This document shows positions 19,219 to 29,019 of a stretch of 64,000 nt of DNA, piece after piece. The notes under the pieces are model-generated. The model saw only the letters and a program-made list of their open reading frames with translations. It was not told the DNA's origin and ran no database searches. The position numbers were made by a program, and so were the translations under genes. The DNA comes from a virus. Lineage: Duplodnaviria; Caudoviricetes. Positions within the stretch are counted from its first letter, which is position 1; each line of letters begins with the position of its first letter. The stretch lies in the IMG/VR virus record IMGVR_UViG_3300029705_000009, one strand, 5' to 3'.

Positions 19219-19728
19219 TTAATATAACTCTTCATCGTCCTCCTCTTCATCTTCATAATATTCTTCATCATATCCTTCGTCTATAAATACAATCGTAAAT
19301 GCATTTCTATCTTTATTTGCATATACATCATATCCACCATCTCCAAATCCAGATGAAGAAAATATTCCGTTGTATAAGTTCCATGCATTTCCGTCTTCAA
19401 TTTTGTCACAAAATTCATACCATTCTTCGTCATTAAAGTCTGGTTTATTATTGAAAAAACCAGCAAGTCCTGCATCTACACCAATATTTCCGATGTATTC
19501 CATTTCTTCAATTTCCCAAATCTTATCTCCTTTGAAGATTGAAACAGAAGCAACTCTCATTCCCCAATCACCCTGGTCGCTCATTTCAATATATCCTTTG
19601 TATTCACCTGGTTCACAATTAGTTGTCATTCTACACCATGTGTCTTTGTCATAACAAGGATCCGTTATATCTACCTTTGTTCCTAATTCAATTGTTCCCA
19701 CATATTCCATCATAATATTTCCCTCCAT
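19219..19728 (-). CDS. DUF4241-like protein
   Basis: ITDPCY, IGVDAGLAGFF, SSGFGDGGY. Confidence 0.6.
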   Translation of the reverse strand: MEGNIMMEYVGTIELGTKVDITDPCYDKDTWCRMTTNCEPGEYKGYIEMSDQGDWGMRVASVSIFKGDKIWEIEEMEYIGNIGVDAGLAGFFNNKPDFNDEEWYEFCDKIEDGNAWNLYNGIFSSSGFGDGGYDVYANKDRNAFTIVFIDEGYDEEYYEDEEEDDEELY

Positions 19729-19746
19729 TAAATATGTTTTTATTTG

Positions 19747-20238
19747 CTATTCTTCCTCTTCATCTTCATCTTCTTCATCATCAATTTCAAAGCTACAATC
19801 TTCCATTGCTACTTCTCTTGCCTGTTCAATGGCATCATCTTCGTTTTCTGCCCACACTACATATTCTCTATCACAACCAATGAAACCACCAAAATTAACT
19901 CTTACTGTGTAATCTTTTGCCATATTTTTCTTCTCCTTAATCATTCTTTCTTCAAGCTCATCTGCTTGATAATTTCCTTCTGGTGCATTATGAATAATCC
20001 ACAACAACATTTCATTCCAAAAGATTTCGTATTCTTCTTTTGCTAATGTTTCAATACTATGTTCTTCATAGAACTCGTAATAATCTGCTTCGTCTACGCT
20101 TGTATCTGCATTGCATATTTCAATACCATCCCATTCATCACATGCTCGGAAGTAATTTCCATCTGTCAATTGACCATAATAGATATAAATTCCTCCACCG
20201 GTATAGATTGCTGTTGCGTTCGCAATTTCTTTTTTCAT
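19747..20238 (-). CDS. hypothetical protein (apparent in-frame fusion of two small ORFs)
   Basis: Internal AAGGAG RBS and ATG at 19923. Confidence 0.6.
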   Translation of the reverse strand: MKKEIANATAIYTGGGIYIYYGQLTDGNYFRACDEWDGIEICNADTSVDEADYYEFYEEHSIETLAKEEYEIFWNEMLLWIIHNAPEGNYQADELEERMIKEKKNMAKDYTVRVNFGGFIGCDREYVVWAENEDDAIEQAREVAMEDCSFEIDDEEDEDEEEE

Positions 20239-20251
20239 ATAGGTTTCTCCT

Positions 20252-20431
20252 TTATATTTCGTTTCCACACTCATCAAACTCAACTCTACTAGGGTGCAAT
20301 CTGTGTAATTCCTTCTCAAAAAGTTCCCTAGCAAATTCATTTCCGGTTAAGTCATTTTTGCCTTGTTTCCTTTTAATGGCAAATAATCTGTTTAAATCTT
20401 CAAAGCTAATATAAAATTCAACCTTTGGCAT
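20252..20431 (-). CDS. 59-aa possible small DNA-binding protein (not in track)
   Basis: MPKVEFYISFEDLNRLFAIKRKQGKNDLTGNEFARELF..*; GAGG RBS. Confidence 0.55.
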   Translation of the reverse strand: MPKVEFYISFEDLNRLFAIKRKQGKNDLTGNEFARELFEKELHRLHPSRVEFDECGNEI

Positions 20432-20443
20432 GTTATTCCTCCT

Positions 20444-21025
20444 TTACACTCTAGGAATCTCAGTTCCTTTTTCACAAGTTCCACCTAAGCAGTTTCCTTT
20501 ATACTGCCAAACCTCTCCACCGTAATTATCATCTTTGTAGAGATAAATGAATGTTGCATATCTGGCACCTTCTTTTGCATGACTATGAGGTTCACCACAC
20601 TGAATCATTCCTCTATTGAATGTCCGTGGTGGTACACAATCTGCAAAATGCATTACAAAAGCGTAATCAACTTTATCATTTTCCTTTACATAGTCTGCAA
20701 AATCTTCTACGTCACTATCCATCCACCCTTCAAAAGTCTTCACATCTATGTCAACAACCTTTTCTCTTGGTGCAGTAATCTTAATCAAATCCTCTGCATA
20801 CTCTTCAAGCGTTTCCATTGCACATCTGACAGAATCCATTAATTCTTTTTGTGCAATTTCTAGAAGTCTAATTTTACGCAAAATCATCTTCTCATTTTCT
20901 GAGATACAATTTCCTGGATACATAAACTCTCTGTCGTTCTGAAGAATCATCTGAATATCCTCAAATGTTTTTCCATAAAGTACAGTGTCTTCTAAATGCG
21001 TATGATCACTTTCTCTTAACCACAT
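20444..21025 (-). CDS. hypothetical protein
   Basis: ORF with RBS. Confidence 0.7.
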   Translation of the reverse strand: MWLRESDHTHLEDTVLYGKTFEDIQMILQNDREFMYPGNCISENEKMILRKIRLLEIAQKELMDSVRCAMETLEEYAEDLIKITAPREKVVDIDVKTFEGWMDSDVEDFADYVKENDKVDYAFVMHFADCVPPRTFNRGMIQCGEPHSHAKEGARYATFIYLYKDDNYGGEVWQYKGNCLGGTCEKGTEIPRV

Positions 21026-21037
21026 AATTAATCCTCC

Positions 21038-21220
21038 TTATTGACAGATATACATTTCGCTTAAATCTTTCTCTTCTTCACACCAGTCACAAACAACTAA
21101 CTCAGTTTCATTTTCTTCTTCTGTACAATCTTCCCAGTCCATTCTCCGTGAAAAAATTTTTTCTCCACGACTTCTGATTGCTTCTAAACAATGTCCACAT
21201 AAACACCAACGGTCTTCCAT
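21038..21220 (-). CDS. small Zn-binding protein
   Basis: CGHC..CDWC. Confidence 0.65.
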   Translation of the reverse strand: MEDRWCLCGHCLEAIRSRGEKIFSRRMDWEDCTEEENETELVVCDWCEEEKDLSEMYICQ

Positions 21221-21232
21221 TGTTAATCCTCC

Positions 21233-21730
21233 TTAATTGTTCCATAAATCGAAATCTTCAATACACTTCTTAGCTGCCTTACTCCAAGCTCTTGCAAATC
21301 TTTCATCGTTATCAAAATCCTCGTATGTTCTTCCCAATGCCATTAAAGTATCATCAGGATCTTGTGTGTATCCAAATTCATGATTACACATCTCAGAGAG
21401 AATTCTTTCAACAAGATTCTCCTCTTTCTCTTCAAAATGTTCTCGTTCTACCTTATGATGCTCAAACATTTCATTCATTCTCTGAACATCTTCTTTAAAT
21501 ACATATCCACCGGCACCAATACTTGTAACATGTTTTGCAATTTCTTCCATTGTAGTAATCTCAGCGAACTGAGGTTTCCGTTTTACAATTTCTTCAGTCA
21601 TCTTCTTAATAAAATCACTTTCACTAAAGGCAAACACCCAAATAAAAGGAAATTCATTTACCTCTTTCTGATGTTCTGCATTCATTTCTGCATAGTTTTC
21701 GAACTCTCTTATTTCTCTCATCTTATTCAC
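21233..21730 (-). CDS. conserved phage hypothetical protein
   Basis: FAFS..IGAGGY..EMCNHEF. Confidence 0.7.
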   Translation of the reverse strand: MNKMREIREFENYAEMNAEHQKEVNEFPFIWVFAFSESDFIKKMTEEIVKRKPQFAEITTMEEIAKHVTSIGAGGYVFKEDVQRMNEMFEHHKVEREHFEEKEENLVERILSEMCNHEFGYTQDPDDTLMALGRTYEDFDNDERFARAWSKAAKKCIEDFDLWNN

Positions 21731-21899
21731 TAATCCTTTCTCTCTTTTTTACAATCTTCACTGGATAACCCACGTTCTCTCTATATGTCTTCAATTGAAA
21801 CTTTGCATCTGCATAATCTTCACAACAGCACTCAATGTCCCAACCATAACCACAGTTTCCATAAATATAATACACATCTTGCGTTTTTCTCTTATACAT
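21723..21899 (-). CDS. hypothetical protein
   Basis: Operonic ORF. Confidence 0.6.
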   Translation of the reverse strand: MYKRKTQDVYYIYGNCGYGWDIECCCEDYADAKFQLKTYRENVGYPVKIVKKRERISE

Positions 21900-22093
21900 T
21901 ACGCACACTCTCCAATCCCACAAATTTCTTCCAATGCAGCTTTTGCATGTAGATAACTATATTTGTCTAAGCTCTTCAACCAATTCTCTTCGTGCTCAAG
22001 ATACGAATAATATTTTCTCTTGAGGCTTTCTAAAGTTGCTAACCCACTATTTAAAAGAAATAAGTAATACTCTTTCCAATCATCTTTCTTCAT
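21899..22093 (-). CDS. hypothetical protein
   Basis: Operonic ORF. Confidence 0.6.
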   Translation of the reverse strand: MKKDDWKEYYLFLLNSGLATLESLKRKYYSYLEHEENWLKSLDKYSYLHAKAALEEICGIGECA

Positions 22094-22098
22094 AGCGA

Positions 22099-22542
22099 TT
22101 ACTCCTCTCTCCATCCAGGGTTAAATATGTCTTTGAATCTATCCGAATAATGATATACCTCATCAAGTTTATGCCACAAAGAAGCATATACAAACTTGCC
22201 TAATTCATCATCCGGTGTAGTACTTTTCCATTCTCCATTTACAAGTTCCTGTTCATCTTCAAAGTGCATATTCATATCTTTGCTATTTACAAAGATACTT
22301 ATGTTTCCTTGTGTTGTACTTCTCTTAGTACGTCTTGCTTCAATAATCCATACACCATCTGCAATAGGAATTCTATTGCGAATATCTTCTACAACCTCCT
22401 TCGGAAAATTAAATGTTCTGTCACACCACTCAATCTCTCTTCGCCTCTCATTGATCACTGCAACCTCTTTATCTCCCCAGTACCAATGTGTTCCGTCTGC
22501 AAAGCTGTAACCTTTAATCTCTTTTCCTTGAATCATCTTCAT
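22099..22542 (-). CDS. hypothetical protein
   Basis: ORF with RBS. Confidence 0.7.
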   Translation of the reverse strand: MKMIQGKEIKGYSFADGTHWYWGDKEVAVINERRREIEWCDRTFNFPKEVVEDIRNRIPIADGVWIIEARRTKRSTTQGNISIFVNSKDMNMHFEDEQELVNGEWKSTTPDDELGKFVYASLWHKLDEVYHYSDRFKDIFNPGWREE

Positions 22543-22569
22543 AGTGCAATTTCCTCTCTATTATTTTAT

Positions 22570-22737
22570 TTAGTTAATTAGGCAACCTAAAGCCTCTAAA
22601 ATACAATCTAAATGTAATTCCTTTGCAATGTTTAATTCTCTTTCAAGACTTTCAATATCTTCTTCTTTCGTGTCTACATAATCCAGATAATCCATGTCTT
22701 CACATCTTTCATAAATTCTCTCTGCTAATTTCTGCAT
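22570..22737 (-). CDS. 55-aa hypothetical protein (not in track)
   Basis: MQKLAERIYERCEDMDY..*; GGGAG RBS. Confidence 0.6.
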   Translation of the reverse strand: MQKLAERIYERCEDMDYLDYVDTKEEDIESLERELNIAKELHLDCILEALGCLIN

Positions 22738-22752
22738 TTTCGATTCTCCCTT

Positions 22753-23139
22753 TTAACACCTCATAAATTCCTTTAAATACCATCTGCGACCATTTCTTAC
22801 AAAATACTCATCTCCACTCATATTGTAGAAAATCTTATTCTTGGTGATGTTTTTATATCCATCTCCATAGTTATCAGTTACGTATACATAATCATTAATA
22901 CCGTAATCAATTTCCATTACGGCAAGTCCACCGTGGTTGCATAAACACAAGGTTCCAATAGGTTTGAAATCTTTCGGATATGTACCAAAATCCTCTTGGA
23001 ATTTCCTTATAGCTTCTCTTTTCGGATAGAAGATGTAGGTTTGCTTTACACGATGTCCGTCAAGCATAATGCTCAATGTCAAATTACCAACATCGTTACG
23101 GCTACAACAAATATCTTCCTTTGTAAATCTGTATCTCAT
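22753..23139 (-). CDS. hypothetical protein
   Basis: ORF with RBS. Confidence 0.7.
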   Translation of the reverse strand: MRYRFTKEDICCSRNDVGNLTLSIMLDGHRVKQTYIFYPKREAIRKFQEDFGTYPKDFKPIGTLCLCNHGGLAVMEIDYGINDYVYVTDNYGDGYKNITKNKIFYNMSGDEYFVRNGRRWYLKEFMRC

Positions 23140-23141
23140 AT

Positions 23142-23369
23142 TTACCTCCACAATTCATAATTCAACATATCAACAAGCTCATTACAATCAACCCATAATC
23201 CGTGATTTACTTTTTCCTTTCGGTAATCCTCTATTGTGTTTAATTGCTCTGGAATATCTAATCTGTTTGCATAATCCTTTAATAGCAACCACAATACAAA
23301 ATTCTTTTCATCGACAGACCACTTTTCAACTTCTGTATCAAGTTCACAAAATCTTGCTTCTCTATCCAT
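23142..23369 (-). CDS. hypothetical protein
   Basis: ORF with RBS. Confidence 0.65.
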   Translation of the reverse strand: MDREARFCELDTEVEKWSVDEKNFVLWLLLKDYANRLDIPEQLNTIEDYRKEKVNHGLWVDCNELVDMLNYELWR

Positions 23370-23371
23370 TC

Positions 23372-23509
23372 TTACGCCTCCCTTGCCAGGAACATCAATG
23401 TAAACTTGTCCATTCCTAATTTCCGGACTTCTTTTTCAATTCGTTCCTGTTCCTTAATATTTTTGTTTTCAATGGCTTTCTTATAAGCTTCGATGTAATC
23501 ACTTAACAT
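23372..23509 (-). CDS. 45-aa hypothetical protein (not in track)
   Basis: MLSDYIEAYKKAIENK..*; AGGAGG RBS. Confidence 0.6.
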   Translation of the reverse strand: MLSDYIEAYKKAIENKNIKEQERIEKEVRKLGMDKFTLMFLAREA

Positions 23510-23521
23510 TACGCTACCTCC

Positions 23522-23908
23522 TTAATTCATATACATATCAATGTTATTTCCATTGATTACAACTTCGATTGTTACGATTTTTCTGTAGTAGTAAGAGTTT
23601 TCATTATGATTCTTGATTACCCAATCAGTACTATCTACACCCATTTCTCTAAACCCTAAGAGGAACTTTTCACCTTCGTAATTTCTGTCCCTAAATTTCT
23701 TAACCAGTGCGGACCAATGAATAAACAAATCACTTGCATAGCTTTCACAATATCTACCGGCAAGAAAGATAAGATGTGTAAGAATGTCGGAATAGTTTAT
23801 ACTGTACTGTTCTTCAACATCAAAGATTGGAATACTCCATGTTCCATGTGCATGGTATTTGCATTTCGCTTTATCAATCTTAAAATCATCAATTGTGTAT
23901 TCTCTCAT
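23522..23908 (-). CDS. hypothetical protein
   Basis: ORF with RBS. Confidence 0.7.
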   Translation of the reverse strand: MREYTIDDFKIDKAKCKYHAHGTWSIPIFDVEEQYSINYSDILTHLIFLAGRYCESYASDLFIHWSALVKKFRDRNYEGEKFLLGFREMGVDSTDWVIKNHNENSYYYRKIVTIEVVINGNNIDMYMN

Positions 23909-24835
23909 TTACGCCACCTCCTTCAAATCATCACAAAGTTTCTCAAAATTCGCAACTTCTTTTGCGATTTCTTCAATTAAATCATCACCCCACTTTTCAG
24001 AGAAGAATCCCCAACAAGAATCTACGTTTTCGTTCCATTCCATATCATCTTCATCAAGAAGATTCATTTTGCTTTCTAATGCTGCTTGGTAGTCCATATC
24101 AAGTTCATCAATGATGTATCCATAACAATCTCCCTGGATATACTGATCATACAGTTTAACTTCTCCTTCCATCCATACTTGCGCTGCCTTTCTCCAGTTC
24201 TTCTCTGTTACTTTGATGTAGTTTCCTTTTTCATTACGAATGCTTCCACCACATTTCATAATTTCTTCTTTAGTGGTATAAATCCAACCAGCTTGACCAC
24301 TATCCCATGGACAAGAAAAACCACCTGTAGAAATCGTTATTCCACTATGCTCATAAATATACAGAGGAAGATAAGCAATTCCATTTCTCTCAAGCAGTTT
24401 CCATTTATCTTCAAAGGACATAGCTTCAACAATGTCATCAATAAGGAAATCCAGTTCATTGTTACTCTCAATAACTCCGTGGTGAACTTTGTTTCCATTC
24501 CAATATACTTTCCAATATCCCCAGAGTTCCCAGAGTTTTTCTTTTCTGTCATAGACAAGTTCCAGACCGTTTGATGTTTTCTTTGCCTTTACAAAGTTGA
24601 TTATTACATTGTCTGATACATGATTCCGTACCATGTCATTCACAAATGCTTCTGGATCAGCATATGTATTTTCCTTTGTATCTCCAAGACTATATCTGTT
24701 CCACCAAACCATCATGTGACCAATGTTTCCGTCCATATCCTCTCTTGGATTCCATGGTGTTTCATCTTGTTCAAGATGTATACGACAAATCTTTCCAGAG
24801 TTTTGATCTTTGAAATATCTGTAATTCTTTTCCAT
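23909..24835 (-). CDS. conserved phage hypothetical protein
   Basis: LPLYIYEHSGITIS..WDSGQAGWIY..DSCWGF. Confidence 0.75.
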   Translation of the reverse strand: MEKNYRYFKDQNSGKICRIHLEQDETPWNPREDMDGNIGHMMVWWNRYSLGDTKENTYADPEAFVNDMVRNHVSDNVIINFVKAKKTSNGLELVYDRKEKLWELWGYWKVYWNGNKVHHGVIESNNELDFLIDDIVEAMSFEDKWKLLERNGIAYLPLYIYEHSGITISTGGFSCPWDSGQAGWIYTTKEEIMKCGGSIRNEKGNYIKVTEKNWRKAAQVWMEGEVKLYDQYIQGDCYGYIIDELDMDYQAALESKMNLLDEDDMEWNENVDSCWGFFSEKWGDDLIEEIAKEVANFEKLCDDLKEVA

Positions 24836-24852
24836 ATTCGTTCTCCCTTCTA

Positions 24853-25260
24853 TTATGCATAAATCCATATTTCACCATATGTTTTAGATTCCCAATTAAA
24901 TGCTTTTTCGTTTCCATCTTCATCTACATCAAGTTTGTGCCATTTAGAAGGTCTCTTTCCGGTTCCATCTACGTCTTCCCAGATTTCACTTAGAAGAATT
25001 TTATTTTCTTCTCTGTTAATTTCTTCGACCGTGTAATATGTAACTCCACCAAAGATTCCTACATCTCTGTATGTTTCTCCAAGTATGAATTTCCTTGGTT
25101 CTTCAATTTCTCCACTTTCAACAAGTTCTTCATAAGTTGGTTCGTATCCCAAAGCTCTACTCCAATCAACAGGCTCTCCATAGAAACTAGGTGTCATATC
25201 AACACCATCAAATCCTTCTGGAAAACGCTCAGTTAAATCTGGTATATAATCGTATCTCAT
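24853..25260 (-). CDS. hypothetical protein
   Basis: ORF with RBS. Confidence 0.7.
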   Translation of the reverse strand: MRYDYIPDLTERFPEGFDGVDMTPSFYGEPVDWSRALGYEPTYEELVESGEIEEPRKFILGETYRDVGIFGGVTYYTVEEINREENKILLSEIWEDVDGTGKRPSKWHKLDVDEDGNEKAFNWESKTYGEIWIYA

Positions 25261-25262
25261 TT

Positions 25263-25673
25263 CTATTCCTCCACTTCTTCATACATACTTAAATCTTCAT
25301 TGGTTACTTCTTTTCCACCAGTTACTTCTCCGTCTGCATAATCATCTCCATTCATTATAATTTTCTTTTCTCTCCAAGCCTTATCTACCTTACTGCAAGC
25401 CTCATCAAAATCTTTAGCTTTTACTTTTAATCGCTTTGAGTAATGCTCCACAATGTCTACTAAGTAATAATTCTCTTCTTCATATTCAGTAACAAATTTT
25501 TTCATCATTATTTCTCCACCACGTTTCCAATCAACTAGTGTATTAAAATCATGACGCGTTCCTCTCTTCTCTTCCAAATACGCATCAAGCAAATCATTTA
25601 CAATTCCACACATGTTTTTTGCATCTTCTAATGTGATATTGTTTCTTTTTAGTACTTCTGGAACTTTACTCAT
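25263..25673 (-). CDS. protein with C-terminal DpnD/PcfM-like domain
   Basis: VDIVEHYSKRLKVKAKDFDEA. Confidence 0.6.
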   Translation of the reverse strand: MSKVPEVLKRNNITLEDAKNMCGIVNDLLDAYLEEKRGTRHDFNTLVDWKRGGEIMMKKFVTEYEEENYYLVDIVEHYSKRLKVKAKDFDEACSKVDKAWREKKIIMNGDDYADGEVTGGKEVTNEDLSMYEEVEE

Positions 25674-25688
25674 ATAGTTCTCCTTTCT

Positions 25689-26072
25689 TTAAACTGGTCT
25701 GTAATAACAACTCATGCAATGCCCGGTACATTCATCTGGTGGACAATCTTTACAACCTCTGTCACTATCATCTTCCCATGCTGCAGATCCATCAAAGTAA
25801 TCATCGTCATCATGATATACTTTTTCATAATTCCTATCTTCGTAACTCCATTGCTCTTCTTCGTTGCTTATACAGTCTTCAAAGTAATCATCATCTTCGT
25901 CCTCTGTTGGAATTCCAAAGAACTCTCTTTCATAATCTGTGAGTTCCATTACTTCTCTGAAATATCCCATCGCCAAACTATCATCGTTTACTCTTAAAGC
26001 ATTGATTGCTAATGATGCAATTTCTACAAGTCTTTCTGTTGTAAAATCAATTTCCATGTTTGCGTATTTCAT
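25689..26072 (-). CDS. hypothetical protein, Cys-rich C-terminus
   Basis: CKDCPPDECTGHCMSC. Confidence 0.7.
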   Translation of the reverse strand: MKYANMEIDFTTERLVEIASLAINALRVNDDSLAMGYFREVMELTDYEREFFGIPTEDEDDDYFEDCISNEEEQWSYEDRNYEKVYHDDDDYFDGSAAWEDDSDRGCKDCPPDECTGHCMSCYYRPV

Positions 26073-26099
26073 ATGTAATTCCTCCTCGTATAATTTAGT

Positions 26100-26300
26100 T
26101 TAGTTAAGACCATCAAGAAATTCGTTTGCAGATTTCTCTTCCTCTTCGTCAACTAACACTTCAAAATGTATGTATCCATATCCAGCTTCGCTTGTCTCAA
26201 AGTTTATATGCATGTCTTTGAGGTATCCTTTAAATCGGACAACTGCATCTCCCTTGAGTTCTGTACTTCTCCATCTTCTTCCATTGCTTAATCTTGCCAT
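26100..26300 (-). CDS. hypothetical protein
   Basis: ORF with RBS. Confidence 0.65.
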   Translation of the reverse strand: MARLSNGRRWRSTELKGDAVVRFKGYLKDMHINFETSEAGYGYIHFEVLVDEEEEKSANEFLDGLN

Positions 26301-26302
26301 GT

Positions 26303-26548
26303 TTATTCCTCCTCTTCTCCGTTAATCTCATCAATAATCTCACTCAAATCAAGGTCTTCATCATATTGTGGGCAATTACTGATTTCCAACTCTTTGTCTT
26401 CAATGTTAAAGTTAAAGTAAATTCCGTAATCAATTCCACATGCGTTTATGCTAATTCTCCAATCCCAGATATCATTGATTCCGTTTTTTACTTTCTGAAT
26501 ACAATGTGCAAATGACTCTATACTTCTTTCAATTTCTACTGAATACAT
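26303..26548 (-). CDS. hypothetical protein
   Basis: ORF with RBS. Confidence 0.65.
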   Translation of the reverse strand: MYSVEIERSIESFAHCIQKVKNGINDIWDWRISINACGIDYGIYFNFNIEDKELEISNCPQYDEDLDLSEIIDEINGEEEE

Positions 26549-26562
26549 GATTAAATCCTCCT

Positions 26563-26778
26563 TTAAAATCCTGTTTTAAGTCCCCCTAAACAGTCTAAAG
26601 CTAATCCACTCTTTTCACCTATTCTTTCATTACATTGTGGACAATAAATAACATCAGTTCCATGGTTTAAGCATGTCATTCCCGGAATATGTTTAATATC
26701 AGAAACTTCATATTCAAATACACATTTACAAGTAGGACAAGTTTTCTGTCTTGATTTACCTCTTTCTATAATTTTCAT
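26563..26778 (-). CDS. Zn-ribbon protein
   Basis: CPTC..CPQC. Confidence 0.65.
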   Translation of the reverse strand: MKIIERGKSRQKTCPTCKCVFEYEVSDIKHIPGMTCLNHGTDVIYCPQCNERIGEKSGLALDCLGGLKTGF

Positions 26779-26795
26779 ATTGCCACCTCATAAAA

Positions 26796-26945
26796 TTATC
26801 CTTTTATTTCCTCTACTTCCCACACGTTTTTATACTGTGGGTTTAACCAAATTTCTGTTGCTACATCATTACAAGCAACATTGATAGAATAAAATTTTGG
26901 TTCTTTATTAATTAATTCAAACATTGTTACTTTGTAGTTTTTCAT
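26796..26945 (-). CDS. 49-aa ORF flanked by identical ATAAAATTATCC sites
   Basis: MKNYKVTMFELINKEP..IKG*; GGAGG RBS. Confidence 0.55.
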   Translation of the reverse strand: MKNYKVTMFELINKEPKFYSINVACNDVATEIWLNPQYKNVWEVEEIKG

Positions 26946-26964
26946 AACAAACCTCCCTATAAAA

Positions 26965-27315
26965 TTATCCGTTCATCTTATTCATTTTTGCACCAAGTTT
27001 TACCGTTTCCATTGATGCCACATGAGCAATTGTTCTGTGTGCAATGAATTCAATATCGTATGGAAGAACATCATTATATTCCTCAAAAATATTTTCCATT
27101 GCATTTTCGATTGCAGCTTCAATACACTTGGCACGAACATCAGAAATCTGACCAATTTCATTTCTTTCTAATGGTGTAACATTATTTTTCATTTTATCAC
27201 CCTTTTCATACAACCATTCTTCATAATCATCTCCGGTAACACAACCTTCCGGAACACCAATCTGTCCTCTGCTTTCAATTTCTTTAACAATATCCTCTGC
27301 AAATTTAATTTTCAT
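26965..27315 (-). CDS. hypothetical protein
   Basis: Operonic ORF. Confidence 0.6.
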   Translation of the reverse strand: MKIKFAEDIVKEIESRGQIGVPEGCVTGDDYEEWLYEKGDKMKNNVTPLERNEIGQISDVRAKCIEAAIENAMENIFEEYNDVLPYDIEFIAHRTIAHVASMETVKLGAKMNKMNG

Positions 27316-27321
27316 CTGAAA

Positions 27322-27603
27322 TCATAATCTCTCTTTGTATTTCTTTCCTAATCCCTTGTTCTGTCTTAACTCGTTTATTTCTTTCTTCAACTTTTCATTA
27401 TCATAAACAAGCATCTTCATAGGTTCAAGAAGTCTTTCTTCGTACATAAACACATCATACAATGCTGTCTTTTTCATATGTTCTATCATTACAAAATGCT
27501 CTTTGATAAGTGATTCAATCAGGCTAAATGCTTCTGGATCTTCATGTACTTTTTCTAATGCTTCTAAACATTCTTTTCGGTTTGCTTTTATCATACTATC
27601 CAC
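27322..27603 (-). CDS. hypothetical coiled-coil protein
   Basis: Operonic ORF. Confidence 0.65.
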   Translation of the reverse strand: MDSMIKANRKECLEALEKVHEDPEAFSLIESLIKEHFVMIEHMKKTALYDVFMYEERLLEPMKMLVYDNEKLKKEINELRQNKGLGKKYKERL

Positions 27604-27613
27604 CTCATTGTTT

Positions 27614-28189
27614 TTATTGTGCAGTGACCTTATCTACATATTTATAAAACTCCGTTTCGAATTCATCAAAATCATCAACAAATGCTTTTAATACATATTC
27701 AACATTGCCACTAACATTAATTGTTTCTCCGTCTGTTATTAAGTTGAAGTTACAAGCACCACCTCCAGCCTTTCCTACCTTTGTAAGTAGGTTTTGTTTA
27801 CCATTTTTAAATTCTGCAACAAAACCAACAAGATGTGACCAACTATTAGTAAAGAATTGGTGTGTGTCATATCCCTCATGACCACCCCAAGCTTTTCCTG
27901 TGAGAGGAATACCATATTCTAAACAAGCGTTTCCAACCTTTAACAGTTCATCAATTCTAGGCTTTAGTTCTCTAATTCGCTGCTTATATTGTTCGATTCG
28001 TTCTAAAGAAGCATTTTCCTTTGCAATCTGATCCTCTTCTCTCTTTTTTGCATATTTTGAGATGTTGTCAATTCTATTTGCTACCTTACTAGGTGCAAGC
28101 TTTGGATTATGTAAACAGTAGTCACAGTTTGTACACATACACTCAACTCCACGGTTAACCTCAAAATCACATTCTCTCTTTTCTGACAT
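27614..28189 (-). CDS. hypothetical protein
   Basis: ORF with RBS. Confidence 0.7.
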   Translation of the reverse strand: MSEKRECDFEVNRGVECMCTNCDYCLHNPKLAPSKVANRIDNISKYAKKREEDQIAKENASLERIEQYKQRIRELKPRIDELLKVGNACLEYGIPLTGKAWGGHEGYDTHQFFTNSWSHLVGFVAEFKNGKQNLLTKVGKAGGGACNFNLITDGETINVSGNVEYVLKAFVDDFDEFETEFYKYVDKVTAQ

Positions 28190-28190
28190 G

Positions 28191-28553
28191 TTATTCCTCC
28201 TCCATTGTGAATGTTTTGATTGGTGTGCTAATAGAAATTTCCAATCTCTCGTTATTCTTTAGATACTTCTCTTCCCTCCTTAATACAACGCTTTCATATT
28301 CGTTTCTCAGTAATTTCTTGCAACTTCTCATAGCACCGGATCTTGTTTTATATTCTTTGTGGAAAGTTGCCATTTTCGTTTTGTCTGCAAATCCCACAAG
28401 AAGATACGAGATACTGTATTTTGCTCTCCAGAATCCGTCCTTAATTTCTTCAAGAACGTATCTTTCTTTCATTCGCTTGAACTCTTTTTCAGTTTTACAG
28501 ATGTAAGGATTACTTCCATCTATAAATTCAATGTGTTGCCATGCTTCACTCAT
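28191..28553 (-). CDS. hypothetical protein
   Basis: ORF with RBS. Confidence 0.7.
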   Translation of the reverse strand: MSEAWQHIEFIDGSNPYICKTEKEFKRMKERYVLEEIKDGFWRAKYSISYLLVGFADKTKMATFHKEYKTRSGAMRSCKKLLRNEYESVVLRREEKYLKNNERLEISISTPIKTFTMEEE

Positions 28554-28556
28554 AAC

Positions 28557-28802
28557 TCACTCTCCTATCTCTATTCCATTTTCATCTTCTACTGCACATG
28601 CATCTGTTATAAACAGTTTCCCTTCATGTACAATTGCAAATGTATCTTCATCTTCCCAAGGTGCTTTCTCTTCGAAATTATAATTTGAATAACCTTGGCA
28701 TCCTACAAACACTGGCATATCATCTGGGAGATTCTTTATGACTTCCTTTAAAAGACCTACATTCATTTCCATTTTACTCATTATCTTCCTCACTTTCTTC
28801 AA
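28557..28802 (-). CDS. hypothetical protein
   Basis: Operonic ORF; start uncertain. Confidence 0.6.
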   Translation of the reverse strand: MKKVRKIMSKMEMNVGLLKEVIKNLPDDMPVFVGCQGYSNYNFEEKAPWEDEDTFAIVHEGKLFITDACAVEDENGIEIGE

Positions 28803-29019
28803 TCACCTCAAACTCAATTCCGCTTTCCTTTAAACAGTGCAAAATATATTCTTCGCAACACCAATCGGTCACTACAATATCTGGATCTGTACACCATGCA
28901 TCATATGCAGAGTCCATAATGTATTCTGCAAGTTCTTTGTTGGTTTCCTTTACCATGATTTCCAAATATCTGTCAAAGCAACCTACATCAAATGAAATTT
29001 GCGTTTTCATTATCATCAC
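28774..29019 (-). CDS. hypothetical protein
   Basis: Operonic ORF. Confidence 0.65.
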   Translation of the reverse strand: MMIMKTQISFDVGCFDRYLEIMVKETNKELAEYIMDSAYDAWCTDPDIVVTDWCCEEYILHCLKESGIEFEVIEESEEDNE

